Part shown: positions 9,482 through 18,796 of the stretch, piece by piece
Layout of the letters: each line of letters begins with the position of its first letter
How positions within the stretch are numbered: the first letter of the stretch is position 1
Source: Candidatus Pacebacteria bacterium GW2011_GWA1_46_10
GTDB lineage: Bacteria > Patescibacteriota > Microgenomatia > UBA1400 > PJMF01
Direction of reading: 5' to 3'
Assembly (NCBI GenBank): GCA_001002135.1
Contig: LCLP01000001.1
Coordinates: forward strand, 8,417 to 72,416
Length of the DNA: 64,000 nucleotides
Program-made: the position numbers and the translations under genes
The notes under the pieces: model-generated
What the model saw: the letters and a program-made list of their open reading frames with translations, nothing else
Database searches by the model: none
What the model was told of the DNA's origin: nothing

Positions 9482-10021
9482 ATGATCTTACCAAAAAAAG
9501 AACGACAGCTGTTAGCTCGACTGCGCGCTGGCAGTAAGCAGGCTGTGCGGGAGTGGTTCGCCTTATTTTTCCCTTACTTGTTGCGGTTGGCCATCGGTAA
9601 AGTTCCCCACAGAGAAGATGCTGAGGAAATCGTGCAGGAGACGTTTATTAACTGTCTGAAACAACTGCCTCTTTTTCAAGAAAGAGCTCGGTTGCGAACG
9701 TGGATGGTCAGTATTTTGAACCACGAAATTGCAGATTATTATCGTCGCCGCTATGCCAAACGAGCACTGCAGGTTATTCCACTGGCCAATGTTTTAGTGG
9801 CTCAACCAGTGAAAAATGCGAGTGAAACCTCACTCAAGGTTCAACAAGTGTTGGCGCGGATGAGTACAAAGCGCCAAGAGTTGTTGTTATTGAAATATGT
9901 TGACAAACGGAAGGTAGTGGAGATTGCCCGTCGTTGGAACACGACGATTAAAGCGATTGAATCAGAGCTCTTTCGGGCTCGGCGCGAGTTTAGGCTTTTA
10001 TACTTACAGCTAGCTGATTAA
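9482..10021 (+). CDS. ECF-type RNA polymerase sigma factor
   Basis: Region 2: DAEEIVQETF..LRTWMVSILNHEIADYYR. Region 4 HTH: EIARRWNTTIKAIESELFRAR. No region 3. Confidence 0.88.
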   Translation: MILPKKERQLLARLRAGSKQAVREWFALFFPYLLRLAIGKVPHREDAEEIVQETFINCLKQLPLFQERARLRTWMVSILNHEIADYYRRRYAKRALQVIPLANVLVAQPVKNASETSLKVQQVLARMSTKRQELLLLKYVDKRKVVEIARRWNTTIKAIESELFRARREFRLLYLQLAD

Positions 10022-10054
10022 AGCGGTGGGGCGGCCGCCTGTTTGCCAATATTT

Positions 10055-10240
10055 ATGAAACGTAATCAGTTTTTAACCAAACTTACCCAAGAAGCGCAGT
10101 TGCAGGCCAAGATTTATTCTCACACGGTTGTTCCCAAACAACTTGAACCAGTCGCCAGTTTCATCGGCAACCATACATGGAAAGCATTATTGATCATTTC
10201 TGGTCTAATGGCTTTATTACAGGAGGTACGGCCGTTATGA
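10055..10240 (+). CDS. Small membrane protein downstream of the ECF sigma (candidate anti-sigma)
   Basis: 61 codons with a C-terminal hydrophobic helix. Its stop overlaps the next ATG (ATGA). Confidence 0.55.
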   Translation: MKRNQFLTKLTQEAQLQAKIYSHTVVPKQLEPVASFIGNHTWKALLIISGLMALLQEVRPL

Positions 10241-10593
10241 TGCTGCGTCAATTAATGCACATTGTGAGCTCTGTTGCCTATTCAGTTGCTCAGATTTCGC
10301 AAGGGTTATTTTTTCACCCGTACCAAACGATGCAGTCGCTGTTGCGGGAGAAAGTTTTTTTCTGGTTGACCCTGTTGCCGATGGGGATTTGGGTGGTAGC
10401 TCGGTTAGTATGGGGGTTAATGATTGTGCCGCTGGTGCGGCTGGTGTTTTCGTGTTCAGCGACCAACTTTTGGGGTTGTCAACTGATTCCGTTTTTTACT
10501 CATTGGTTGTGGTATTTTTGTGTACTGTGGCAGCTGGTGTTACTGTATCTGTTCGTGCGCTTCATATATGCTTTTGCCCAGGGTCGTGAATGA
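10237..10593 (+). CDS. Hypothetical membrane protein (two TM helices, Cys pair in the loop)
   Basis: SD AGGAGG at 10221-10226. ATGA overlaps with both neighbours. Confidence 0.65.
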   Translation: MMLRQLMHIVSSVAYSVAQISQGLFFHPYQTMQSLLREKVFFWLTLLPMGIWVVARLVWGLMIVPLVRLVFSCSATNFWGCQLIPFFTHWLWYFCVLWQLVLLYLFVRFIYAFAQGRE

Positions 10594-11660
10594 AAATTGC
10601 ACATATTTTTTTGCAGCACTTCCGTAACTTTGCGGAGTATGAAACCAAACTCAATAACGTGACGCTGTTGGTCGGCGGGAATGGGGCTGGTAAAACCTCG
10701 CTTGTCGAAGCGGCGTACTTGTTGTCTCATGGTGAAAGTTTCCGCGCGGAAAAAATCGATGAAATGATCGCTTTTGGTGAACCGTTAGCGAGAGTGACGG
10801 TGCGTTTGGGAGATGGTGAGAGCACCGATATTTTGGAGATGACGCTCACACGGGGCGTGGTGCAGGGGAAACGGTCACCAAAAAGACTCTATGCTATTAA
10901 TGGTGCTCGCAAGCGTCGGCAAAACTTTGTTGGCCGATTTTTGGCGGTAGTGTTTCAACCAGAGGATATGCGCTTGATCGAGGGTTCGCCATCTCGCCGC
11001 CGAAGCTTTGTGGATGATGTTTTGAAGCTCACCGAACCAAGCTATTTTCAGTCGCTCAGGACATACGAACAGGCGCTCAAGCGCATCAATAAGTTTTTGG
11101 AGTTGGTCAGAGAGAAGAAACAACCTCGTTCGGTTTTGACGTATTGGGAGTTGTTGATGGTTAAACACGGCCAATTTTTACAGGAGAAGCGCCAAGAGTT
11201 TTTCCACTTCCTCCATACCACCGGCGGGCCATTTGCTTTTGATGTGCGCTATCAATTGTCGGAAATTTCACCGGCGGTACTTGACTCTCACCGAGAACGG
11301 GCCATCGCCGCTGGTCATATGTTGATCGGTCCGCATAAGGACGATTTTGTCGTTTTTTTCACCGAAAAAAACCTTGAAGATCGCGACTTGTCAGCCTATG
11401 GTTCTCGCGGCCAACAGCGGCTGGGGGTGTTGTGGTTGAAAATGGGGGAGTTGCAGTTTTTGGAACACAAAAGAGATCAACAACCACTGCTTTTACTGGA
11501 CGACATTTTTTCGGAACTGGATGAGCGCTCGGAAAGCATGGTATTGGAGTTGATCGGGAAGTATCAAACAGTATTAACCACCGCCTCAAGCGCCACTAAA
11601 CAGTTTTTGGCAAAAAAGCTCAAGAATCTCTCGATCGTGAGAATGGAACGAGGTGGTTAA
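10590..11660 (+). CDS. recF: DNA replication and repair protein RecF
   Basis: FRNF, Walker A GGNGAGKTS, GSPSRRRSFVD, GPHKDD, GSRGQQR and Walker B LLLDDIFSELD. Confidence 0.95.
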   Translation: MKIAHIFLQHFRNFAEYETKLNNVTLLVGGNGAGKTSLVEAAYLLSHGESFRAEKIDEMIAFGEPLARVTVRLGDGESTDILEMTLTRGVVQGKRSPKRLYAINGARKRRQNFVGRFLAVVFQPEDMRLIEGSPSRRRSFVDDVLKLTEPSYFQSLRTYEQALKRINKFLELVREKKQPRSVLTYWELLMVKHGQFLQEKRQEFFHFLHTTGGPFAFDVRYQLSEISPAVLDSHRERAIAAGHMLIGPHKDDFVVFFTEKNLEDRDLSAYGSRGQQRLGVLWLKMGELQFLEHKRDQQPLLLLDDIFSELDERSESMVLELIGKYQTVLTTASSATKQFLAKKLKNLSIVRMERGG

Positions 11661-12451
11661 GCTTTTTTGGCCTCTTTGAGGGTTTGCCAGAATAAAACGG
11701 GGATTACTTCTACCAGATCGCTGGCATTGAAGTAGTAACCGGTTTTTTCAAATAACTGTTCACCAGCCTTTTTGTTGATGTAACTGCCAACGACACAGGC
11801 TGTCAGGGCATCATTGGTGCAATAAAGGGCAGCCACCAGGCCAGCCAAGACGTCACCAGTCCCCCCCTTAGTCATCCCGGCGTTACCACCCTCGATCTTG
11901 ATTTTTTGCTGGCCGGTTTTGACAGTGTCGACTCGGCCCTTAAGCAGGATCACCGCTGGAATCACGTGTTCGCTGGCGAGTTTTTTTGCCACCATCATCA
12001 ACTCTCGTGAGTGGGGAGTGATGATGTGATGTGGCTTTAAGAGTTGTGGGTCAACCATTTGCAGGGCTCCAGCATCCAGCACCCACTTCTTGTCGGGGTA
12101 TTTTTTTAAAAGCCCATTGGTGATTTGTTCAGTTTCCGCCGCCCGCTCCATGCCGGGGCCGATCAGGACACAGTCAGCTTCACTAAGGTAGTGGTCAATT
12201 TCTTGGCGTGGCACCACGATGCCGTTCCAAAAATGACTCTTCGCTACCTGAATCAATTGATTGTTGCTAGGTACGGAAGAGTAAAAAACCATGTCCACGA
12301 ATTTGGCAGCGATGTCGAGACTCCACTTACTGGCGGCGTGAAAAAGCTCCGAGCCGCCAATAATCAGCAGCTTGCCGTTTTGTCCTTTGTGGGAGTCGGG
12401 GAGTGGCATTGAAATATTTTTAAAAAAAGGGAGGAGTGTTTTGGGAATCAT
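11657..12451 (-). CDS. nnrD: Stand-alone NAD(P)H-hydrate dehydratase (YjeF C-terminal family)
   Basis: SHKGQNGKLLIIGGS, IGPGM, VLDAGAL, ITPHSREL and GMTKGGTGDVLAG. Confidence 0.88.
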   Translation of the reverse strand: MIPKTLLPFFKNISMPLPDSHKGQNGKLLIIGGSELFHAASKWSLDIAAKFVDMVFYSSVPSNNQLIQVAKSHFWNGIVVPRQEIDHYLSEADCVLIGPGMERAAETEQITNGLLKKYPDKKWVLDAGALQMVDPQLLKPHHIITPHSRELMMVAKKLASEHVIPAVILLKGRVDTVKTGQQKIKIEGGNAGMTKGGTGDVLAGLVAALYCTNDALTACVVGSYINKKAGEQLFEKTGYYFNASDLVEVIPVLFWQTLKEAKKA

Positions 12452-12462
12452 TGCAGCTTTTT

Positions 12463-12774
12463 TTACTGTGGCTTCTTTTTTGTCATCAGTTGTTTTTGGG
12501 TGATGTCTTCTAGAGTTTTTTGCACCCGAGCTAACTGCATCGTGACGGTAACGGCCAGCAGGGTCATGATCACTGCATAAATAAACAGTGAAATGACACC
12601 GCTTTTTTCTCCTAAAAAGGGATTGATATAAGTTTCCACCGCGCTTTTGATCGCTTCATTCCAGGCGAGTGCCACCACCAGACCAAACCCGCTGGTAGCC
12701 AGCGTGACCATGTTTTTGACGATGGCCAGAGGGACTTCTTTGATTGAGTGAGGAGTCTTGAGATTACTAGCCAT
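12463..12774 (-). CDS. DUF5654 family small membrane protein
   Basis: LATSGFGLVVALAWNEAI and LFIYAVIMT motifs. TATAAT-N6-ATG. Confidence 0.75.
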   Translation of the reverse strand: MASNLKTPHSIKEVPLAIVKNMVTLATSGFGLVVALAWNEAIKSAVETYINPFLGEKSGVISLFIYAVIMTLLAVTVTMQLARVQKTLEDITQKQLMTKKKPQ

Positions 12775-12810
12775 AGCCGCATTATACCCGACTTTAACTG
12801 GGGTTTACCC

Positions 12811-12874
12811 AAGGTATTCTGGCAGAATCGGCGTGAAAAGCTAAAATTCCTTGCAAGTTTTGCCAGAATACCTT
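12811..12874. repeat. Perfect 14-bp inverted repeat with a 36-bp spacer in a divergent promoter region
   Basis: AAGGTATTCTGGCA (12811-12824) and TGCCAGAATACCTT (12861-12874). Confidence 0.9.
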
Positions 12875-12880
12875 TAGAAT

Positions 12881-13978
12881 ATGATCAAAATGTATCAGCC
12901 AGTTTTCAGCATTACTCATAACCTTTTAACCTACATCGCCAATATTGAGGCCAGTAAAGCAGTGATTGATAACTCTCCATTGGTGCCGGCTTGGGAGGCC
13001 AGGTTCCGCGATGATGCGCTGGCCCGCACGGTGCACTTTGGCACCAAGATTGAGGGAAACGACCTCAGTCAGGAACAGGCTCAGCGCGTAATTCAACTTA
13101 AGGGGGTGTCTGATACTAAAGAAGTCTCGGAAAAAACCGGCGTCACGGCGCGTGAACGGGATATCCAAGAAGTCATTAACTACCGGAACGTCTTGCTCTG
13201 GATTGATCAACAAAAAGTGCTGGAGCGCAAACCTCAGTTGTCGGTCGACACGCTTCATACACTGCATTCACTGACGATGAAAGGTTTGGTTGATGAAGAG
13301 AGTGTGGGTGCTTTCCGCCAAAAACAAGTAGTAATTGAGGGAGTGGAAGGCAGCGGCGTGGTGTTTCGCCCGCCGGTTTCAGTTGAAGTGCCGTATTTAA
13401 TCGACGAGCTTTTTGCTTGGATTAACAGTCCGGAGGCCGCGCAGGTGCACCCGGTATTCCGTGCCGCGATCGTGCACTACCAGTTGGTGTACATTCACCC
13501 GTACGTGGAGGGCAATGGCCGCACCGCGCGGGCGATGGCGACTCTACTGATGTATTTGCTCGGGTACGATTTCAAACGCTTTTTCTCGCTGGAGCAATAT
13601 TACGACGGTGATGTCGATCGTTACTACAAAGCACTCTTGTCGGTCCAACAGCAACCGAGTGCGGATCTCACCTATTGGCTAGAATATTTTTGCTATGGGT
13701 TAGCCATTGAGATTGACAAAGTGAAGTCGCAGGTCCAGAAGTTGTCGAAAGATTTGAAAATGAAGAAAGAATTGGGGCGACAAGTGGCCTTATCGGAACG
13801 CCAAATTATTTTACTGGAAGTGTTGCAAAACCAGGGAGAAATTACTTCCGAAGACGCTCAGGAAGCTCTACCGAACGTCTCGGTTGACACCATTCTCAGA
13901 GACGTTCGCGATCTCATTCAAAAAGGAGTGGTCGAAAAGCGCGGTGTCACTAAGGGCGTGACCTATCGGTTGGCGTAA
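12881..13978 (+). CDS. Fic family protein with N-terminal inhibitory motif and C-terminal winged HTH
   Basis: Fic motif HPYVEGNGRTAR, inhibitory-type TKIEGN, and wHTH SVDTILRDVRDLIQKGVV..G.TKG. True start may be ATG 12890. Promoter TTGCAA (12851) -18- TAGAAT (12875). Confidence 0.9.
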   Translation: MIKMYQPVFSITHNLLTYIANIEASKAVIDNSPLVPAWEARFRDDALARTVHFGTKIEGNDLSQEQAQRVIQLKGVSDTKEVSEKTGVTARERDIQEVINYRNVLLWIDQQKVLERKPQLSVDTLHTLHSLTMKGLVDEESVGAFRQKQVVIEGVEGSGVVFRPPVSVEVPYLIDELFAWINSPEAAQVHPVFRAAIVHYQLVYIHPYVEGNGRTARAMATLLMYLLGYDFKRFFSLEQYYDGDVDRYYKALLSVQQQPSADLTYWLEYFCYGLAIEIDKVKSQVQKLSKDLKMKKELGRQVALSERQIILLEVLQNQGEITSEDAQEALPNVSVDTILRDVRDLIQKGVVEKRGVTKGVTYRLA

Positions 13979-14015
13979 CCAACCTTTTGTTAATCTGTTA
14001 CAGTGAAAGTAGTGT

Positions 14016-15788
14016 ATGACTTTTGCTGACTTCGCCCAGCATTTGAAAAAAATTGAACCGACGAGCGCTCGGTTGGAAATTACCCGATTACTGGCTGATT
14101 TATTCAAAGACTTAAAAACTGAAGAGATTCCGCCGGCAGTTTACTTATCACTGGGTCGGTTAGTGCCGGAGTATCAGTCACTGGAATTTCAGTTGTCGAC
14201 CAAGATGATTTTGCGCGCACTGACCAAGCACATGGCCGAACGCCCCAAAGTCTACGGTGGCACTTCGAACAACTTATTTCACGAGGCTGATGACAGCAAC
14301 TATGGGCAACAGGTCAACAAACTTTACAAACAGACTGGTGACATTGGTGAAACTACCGAGCAATTGGTGACGAAGTCGTATCAAATAGGCAAACAACCAA
14401 GCTTGCTGGCGGTTTATGAACGCTTAACAGCCATCGCCAAAGAGAGTGGGACTGGTTCTCAAGAGCGCAAAGTGGCCGGTTTGTTGGCACTTTTTGACCA
14501 ACTCGACCCAACCTCTTTGCGCTTTGTGGCACGCATTGTAGTGGGGAAACTGCGCTTGGGTTTTTCGACCATGACGGTTTTAGATGCCTTGTCTTGGGTC
14601 AAACATGGTGACAAGTCAGACAGCAGCAAGTTGGAGGAATTGTTTCAGAAAAAAGCTGACTTGGGTTTGTTAGCTCAAACCTATTTAAAACACCCAGGCT
14701 TTCAAGTGGTAGAGCGGACCTATCAAATCGAACTGGGCGTGCCGATTGTGCCGGCACTTTGTCAGCGTCTCAACACCGCCAAAGAAATCACCGACAAAAT
14801 GGGCGAGGTCATTGTCGAGCCGAAATACGATGGTTTGCGAATTCAGATTCACCTGGGTGAAGAAAAAGCCAAGCGGTGGGTGCGCTCATTTACGCGCAAC
14901 CTGGAGGAGACTTCGCATATGTTTCCGGAACTGGCGGCCAACTTAAAAGATCTCAAGTGTCAAAGCGCTATTCTCGATGGGGAAGTGGTTGGCATTGATA
15001 AAAAGTCTGGCCGGATTTTACCATTTCAGGAAACTGCCACTCGCCGCCGCAAACATGGGGTGGAACGCAAGGCTGCTGAGTTGCCGGTGAAGTTTTTTTT
15101 GTTTGATATTTTGCAAAAAGATGGCAAAAGTTTAATTGACTCTCCCCTGTCGGAACGGAAAGCAATCTTGGCTGCCCTAGTAGATAACTCTACAGTTTTT
15201 GTGCTGACGCCATTTATGGTTACGAAAGATCCACAAGCACTGCATGCCTATCACGATCAGCAACTTCAGGAGGGTTTGGAAGGAGCCGTAATTAAACAGT
15301 ATGACTCAGTTTATAAGAGCGGCAGGAAGGGTTGGCGTTGGGTCAAAATCAAAGAAGAAGAAGGGACTGCCGGCAAGTTGAGTGACACCCTGGATTGTAT
15401 TGTGATGGGGTATTACAAAGGCCGTGGGAAACGAACGCAGTTTGGCGTGGGCGCTTTTTTGGTGGGTTTACTGGGTAAAGACGATAAGATTGTGACGGTA
15501 GCCAAGATTGGCACCGGTCTCACCGATGAGCAGTTTCGCGAACTCAAGCAGCGGATTGACCGATACGAAACCAAAAAAGCGCCCCCCCACTACGTGGTTC
15601 ACAGAAACCTTTTGCCAGATGGTTGGGTAGAGCCAGCACTGGTGGTGGAAGTGGCCGCCGACGAAATCACGCGCTCCCCTCTTCACTCAGCAGGAAAAGC
15701 GCTGCGCTTTCCTCGCTTGGTAAAGTTCAGGGATGACAAGCGTTGGCAGGACGCGACCACAGTCAGGGAGTTACTGACCATTCGTTAA
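14016..15788 (+). CDS. ATP-dependent DNA ligase (N-terminal DNA-binding, adenylation and OB domains)
   Basis: EPKYDGLRIQIH (motif I), ILDGEVV, FFLFDIL, EGAVIK, WVKIK, IGTGLTD and LRFPRL..RDDK. Confidence 0.93.
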   Translation: MTFADFAQHLKKIEPTSARLEITRLLADLFKDLKTEEIPPAVYLSLGRLVPEYQSLEFQLSTKMILRALTKHMAERPKVYGGTSNNLFHEADDSNYGQQVNKLYKQTGDIGETTEQLVTKSYQIGKQPSLLAVYERLTAIAKESGTGSQERKVAGLLALFDQLDPTSLRFVARIVVGKLRLGFSTMTVLDALSWVKHGDKSDSSKLEELFQKKADLGLLAQTYLKHPGFQVVERTYQIELGVPIVPALCQRLNTAKEITDKMGEVIVEPKYDGLRIQIHLGEEKAKRWVRSFTRNLEETSHMFPELAANLKDLKCQSAILDGEVVGIDKKSGRILPFQETATRRRKHGVERKAAELPVKFFLFDILQKDGKSLIDSPLSERKAILAALVDNSTVFVLTPFMVTKDPQALHAYHDQQLQEGLEGAVIKQYDSVYKSGRKGWRWVKIKEEEGTAGKLSDTLDCIVMGYYKGRGKRTQFGVGAFLVGLLGKDDKIVTVAKIGTGLTDEQFRELKQRIDRYETKKAPPHYVVHRNLLPDGWVEPALVVEVAADEITRSPLHSAGKALRFPRLVKFRDDKRWQDATTVRELLTIR

Positions 15789-16651
15789 GTTTCTTCTGGC
15801 AGTAACTCACCTAAACTTTTCAACAGCTGTTTGGCCCGAGTGAGTTGTTTTTTTGAGGCTTTTTGGATAAACCTTTGCAAGTTAATAAACGGTGAGCGAG
15901 ATGGTCGGTCGTAGTATTTACCACCTTCCATGACGTAGCCATAGTTGTGGTGTTCAAAACTTTTACCCAGGATGTAGTTAAGTTGCGAGGCGGCCGCAAT
16001 GCGGGCCATTTTTAGTGAACCTTCTTTTTCAAATCGCCGTAGCGAGAAAAGATACCTGGGTTCGTGAAAAATTTTGAAATGGTAGCCGGCGGCGACACAG
16101 TCTTTGACGAACAGTGAGTCTTCGAAGATTTTTTGTTTTTCGTTAAACTTTACTTTTCTGGTTGCTGTTTTTTTGGCCCCGATCAGCGCTCCAATTGCCG
16201 CTTCCTTGCCGACAATATGGTAAAGTTCGTAGCCAAAGTTAATGGCCGAGTCGATGGTTTTACTGAGCGAGGTTTGCTGGTTTGTTTTAACCCAGGTGGT
16301 AAAAACGCCTGTTTGTGGATTTTTTTCCAGTTGATACTTAATTCCTTGCAGAAAGTAGTTTGGCAGCCGGTTATCAGCGTCCATGAAAATGACCCATTCT
16401 CCCCTGGCTAACTGAGCACCAGCATTCCTTTGGTTGGCGACGTTTTGTTTTTTGCTAACCTTAATTCTCAGCGGGAAACGCCTTTTAAACTGACTGGCTG
16501 CTTTGACGGTGTGGTCGTTTGAGTTTCCGTCGACATGAATCACTTCGAAGTTAGTCAAAGTTTGCTGGACCAAGTCTCCCAACAAGAGTGGGAGATACTT
16601 TTCTTCGTCCAGGGTAGGAATCACGATCGAGAAAAACGGTTTTTTAAACAT
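15785..16651 (-). CDS. Glycosyltransferase family 2
   Basis: SIVIPTLDEE, VDGNSND, QRNAGA, FMDAD and FEDS. Confidence 0.88.
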   Translation of the reverse strand: MFKKPFFSIVIPTLDEEKYLPLLLGDLVQQTLTNFEVIHVDGNSNDHTVKAASQFKRRFPLRIKVSKKQNVANQRNAGAQLARGEWVIFMDADNRLPNYFLQGIKYQLEKNPQTGVFTTWVKTNQQTSLSKTIDSAINFGYELYHIVGKEAAIGALIGAKKTATRKVKFNEKQKIFEDSLFVKDCVAAGYHFKIFHEPRYLFSLRRFEKEGSLKMARIAAASQLNYILGKSFEHHNYGYVMEGGKYYDRPSRSPFINLQRFIQKASKKQLTRAKQLLKSLGELLPEET

Positions 16652-16703
16652 AAAGTCAATGACATGTATCTGTCATATTGTAAATCACGCTACAATGATC
16701 GAC

Positions 16704-17216
16704 ATGAAGATACTTATTGGGTTAGGGAATCCGGGTCGGGAGTATCAGCGCTCACGCCATAATGTTGGTTTCCGCGTTCTTGAACTGTTAGCCAAAAAAC
16801 TAGACATCACTTTTACTGATTCGCCGAGGCTCTTTTCTCAAGTTGGCAAACTCAATGACTGGTTGTTGGTGAAACCGAAAACCTTCGTTAATGGTTCTGG
16901 TCAGGCGGTCAGGGCAGTACTCAATTTTTACAAACTTTCTCCGGCGGCGCTGACCGTGGTGCATGACGACTTGGATTTGCCCTTTGGCACTTGGAAAAGC
17001 CAATTTGGCACTGGTCCCAAAATTCATAATGGCTTACTGTCGATTTACCAAGCGCTAGGGACAAGAGACTTTACTCACCTCAGGATTGGGGTTGATAATC
17101 GAGCAGGGAAGCGAACGATGCTGGGAAAAGACTACGTGCTACAGCCTTTTTCCAGTCAAGAAGAACGAGAACTTCGTGTTGTTGTAGAAGAAGTGGTGAA
17201 ATATTTACTAGATTAG
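16704..17216 (+). CDS. pth: Peptidyl-tRNA hydrolase
   Basis: IGLGNPG..Y..SRHNVGF, KPKTFVNGSG, VHDDLDL, HNGL and LRIGV. TACAAT-N7-ATG. Confidence 0.95.
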   Translation: MKILIGLGNPGREYQRSRHNVGFRVLELLAKKLDITFTDSPRLFSQVGKLNDWLLVKPKTFVNGSGQAVRAVLNFYKLSPAALTVVHDDLDLPFGTWKSQFGTGPKIHNGLLSIYQALGTRDFTHLRIGVDNRAGKRTMLGKDYVLQPFSSQEERELRVVVEEVVKYLLD

Positions 17217-17237
17217 AAATAGCTCTCAGCTGCCCGT

Positions 17238-18470
17238 ATGCAAAACCTTCGTTACTCTCATCAAGTTCTTTTTCCTCGCATTACAGTCGATAACTCGCGC
17301 AACATGAAAGTATTGTTTTCGATTCGTGTTTTGCGCGAACTGGCTAATAAACTGGCACTGTTTTTTTTACCGGTGTTTTTGTTTCAGCTCGGGATCTCAA
17401 CTCGATTTTTAGCTGCTTGGGGGCTGACAAGTTTTCAAAGTGGCGTGGTACTGCTGGCACTTTATTTTGCTGTGGCCAAGCTGATGGTGGTATTGTTGGC
17501 CATTCCGGCTGGCGACTTTATACGTCGCTATGGGTTTGCGGCCAGCCTCATGTTGTCTCACCTGTTGTATGCGGTGACGCTAATCGGTTTTCGGTTGGCG
17601 TTGGAAAACCTGAACTGGCTGTGGCTCGCGATTGCCACCGACGGGGTTAATTCCACTCTCATGTGGGGAAGTTTTAACACCCTTTTTTCCAAGGACGCGC
17701 GCAAAGCCCGGATGGGACGCGAGCTGGGGTTGATCCAAGCTTTATTGAATGTCATTTGGATGATTGCACCAGCTGTCAGTGGTATTGTCATTTTTATGTT
17801 TGGTTACGAGTCACTTTTTTCGGCTGGTTTGGTAATTGTGGGTATCAATATTTTGCTGGCGGCTTTCGTCACCGCCGCCCGTGAGCGAGACGACGTTAGT
17901 CTCAAAGAATTCTCGTGGTGGATTCGAGAGCGCCGGTTTGTGAAATTGAGTGCTTCGATTGGCGGTAAAACTATTCACGATCTGGCTATTTTCGTCTGGC
18001 CGTTGTATGTTTTTTTACTGTTGGGCAACACTGAGCGGGTAGGTATTTTGTATAGTTTGTCGTTTTTACTTTCGGTTATCATTGAGCTTTTTTTGAGTGA
18101 GAGAATCGATCACCACCATCGCCGTCGACCGTTTTATATTTCTGGTGGTATGTTGTCGGTCTTGTGGGCGCTGCGCTCTCAAGTTTTTACGCCGTGGGCA
18201 ATCGCTTTAGTCGACACCTTTGACAAGTTGACCGGCAATTATCACTGGTTGTTTTTTGACCGGTTGCTTTTCAACCGTGGCAAGGGGAGAGCGGCCTTGT
18301 CGTATTTTATTTACCGTGAGTTTATTGTGGGAGTGTCAGCGATGGGGTTTTGGTTGTTGTTTGCGCTCATTTTTCTCATTTGGCCGTTGGAATGGCGCGG
18401 GCTGTTTGCCTTGGCGGCGGTTGGCGTTTTATTGACGTTGTTGGTCAACAAAAAGCATGAGACGGTTTGA
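17238..18470 (+). CDS. MFS-like transporter
   Basis: About 12 hydrophobic segments in 410 aa, with the MFS-like loop GDFIRRYG. Confidence 0.72.
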   Translation: MQNLRYSHQVLFPRITVDNSRNMKVLFSIRVLRELANKLALFFLPVFLFQLGISTRFLAAWGLTSFQSGVVLLALYFAVAKLMVVLLAIPAGDFIRRYGFAASLMLSHLLYAVTLIGFRLALENLNWLWLAIATDGVNSTLMWGSFNTLFSKDARKARMGRELGLIQALLNVIWMIAPAVSGIVIFMFGYESLFSAGLVIVGINILLAAFVTAARERDDVSLKEFSWWIRERRFVKLSASIGGKTIHDLAIFVWPLYVFLLLGNTERVGILYSLSFLLSVIIELFLSERIDHHHRRRPFYISGGMLSVLWALRSQVFTPWAIALVDTFDKLTGNYHWLFFDRLLFNRGKGRAALSYFIYREFIVGVSAMGFWLLFALIFLIWPLEWRGLFALAAVGVLLTLLVNKKHETV

Positions 18471-18487
18471 TGATATAAACTAGACTT

Positions 18488-18796
18488 ATGTCATCAGCTA
18501 AAAAATCCGGCGGTTTTCAATCAACCAAATCATTGTTTACGGACTTTAAACTGGCAGACAAGGGCGGCTATATTACCCAAGAATTTCAGGATTATGGGTA
18601 CCGATTGGCTGTGGCTTTGGACGACTTGGAACACAAAAGCTTGTATATCAAAATGGCTAAGGAAGTTGATCGCACGATTTTGGAAAAAGCGCTGGCGTTT
18701 GTCATTGACTCACAAGCAAAAAGTAAGCCGCGCCTATTTATGTGGAAAGTTAAGCAACTCAAAGAAGAACAAAACCGCTACAATGGGAAAAAATGA
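18488..18796 (+). CDS. Hypothetical helical protein
   Basis: Clean 102-aa ORF with a TAAACT-N6-ATG start. Overlaps the next gene by 4 nt. Confidence 0.65.
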   Translation: MSSAKKSGGFQSTKSLFTDFKLADKGGYITQEFQDYGYRLAVALDDLEHKSLYIKMAKEVDRTILEKALAFVIDSQAKSKPRLFMWKVKQLKEEQNRYNGKK

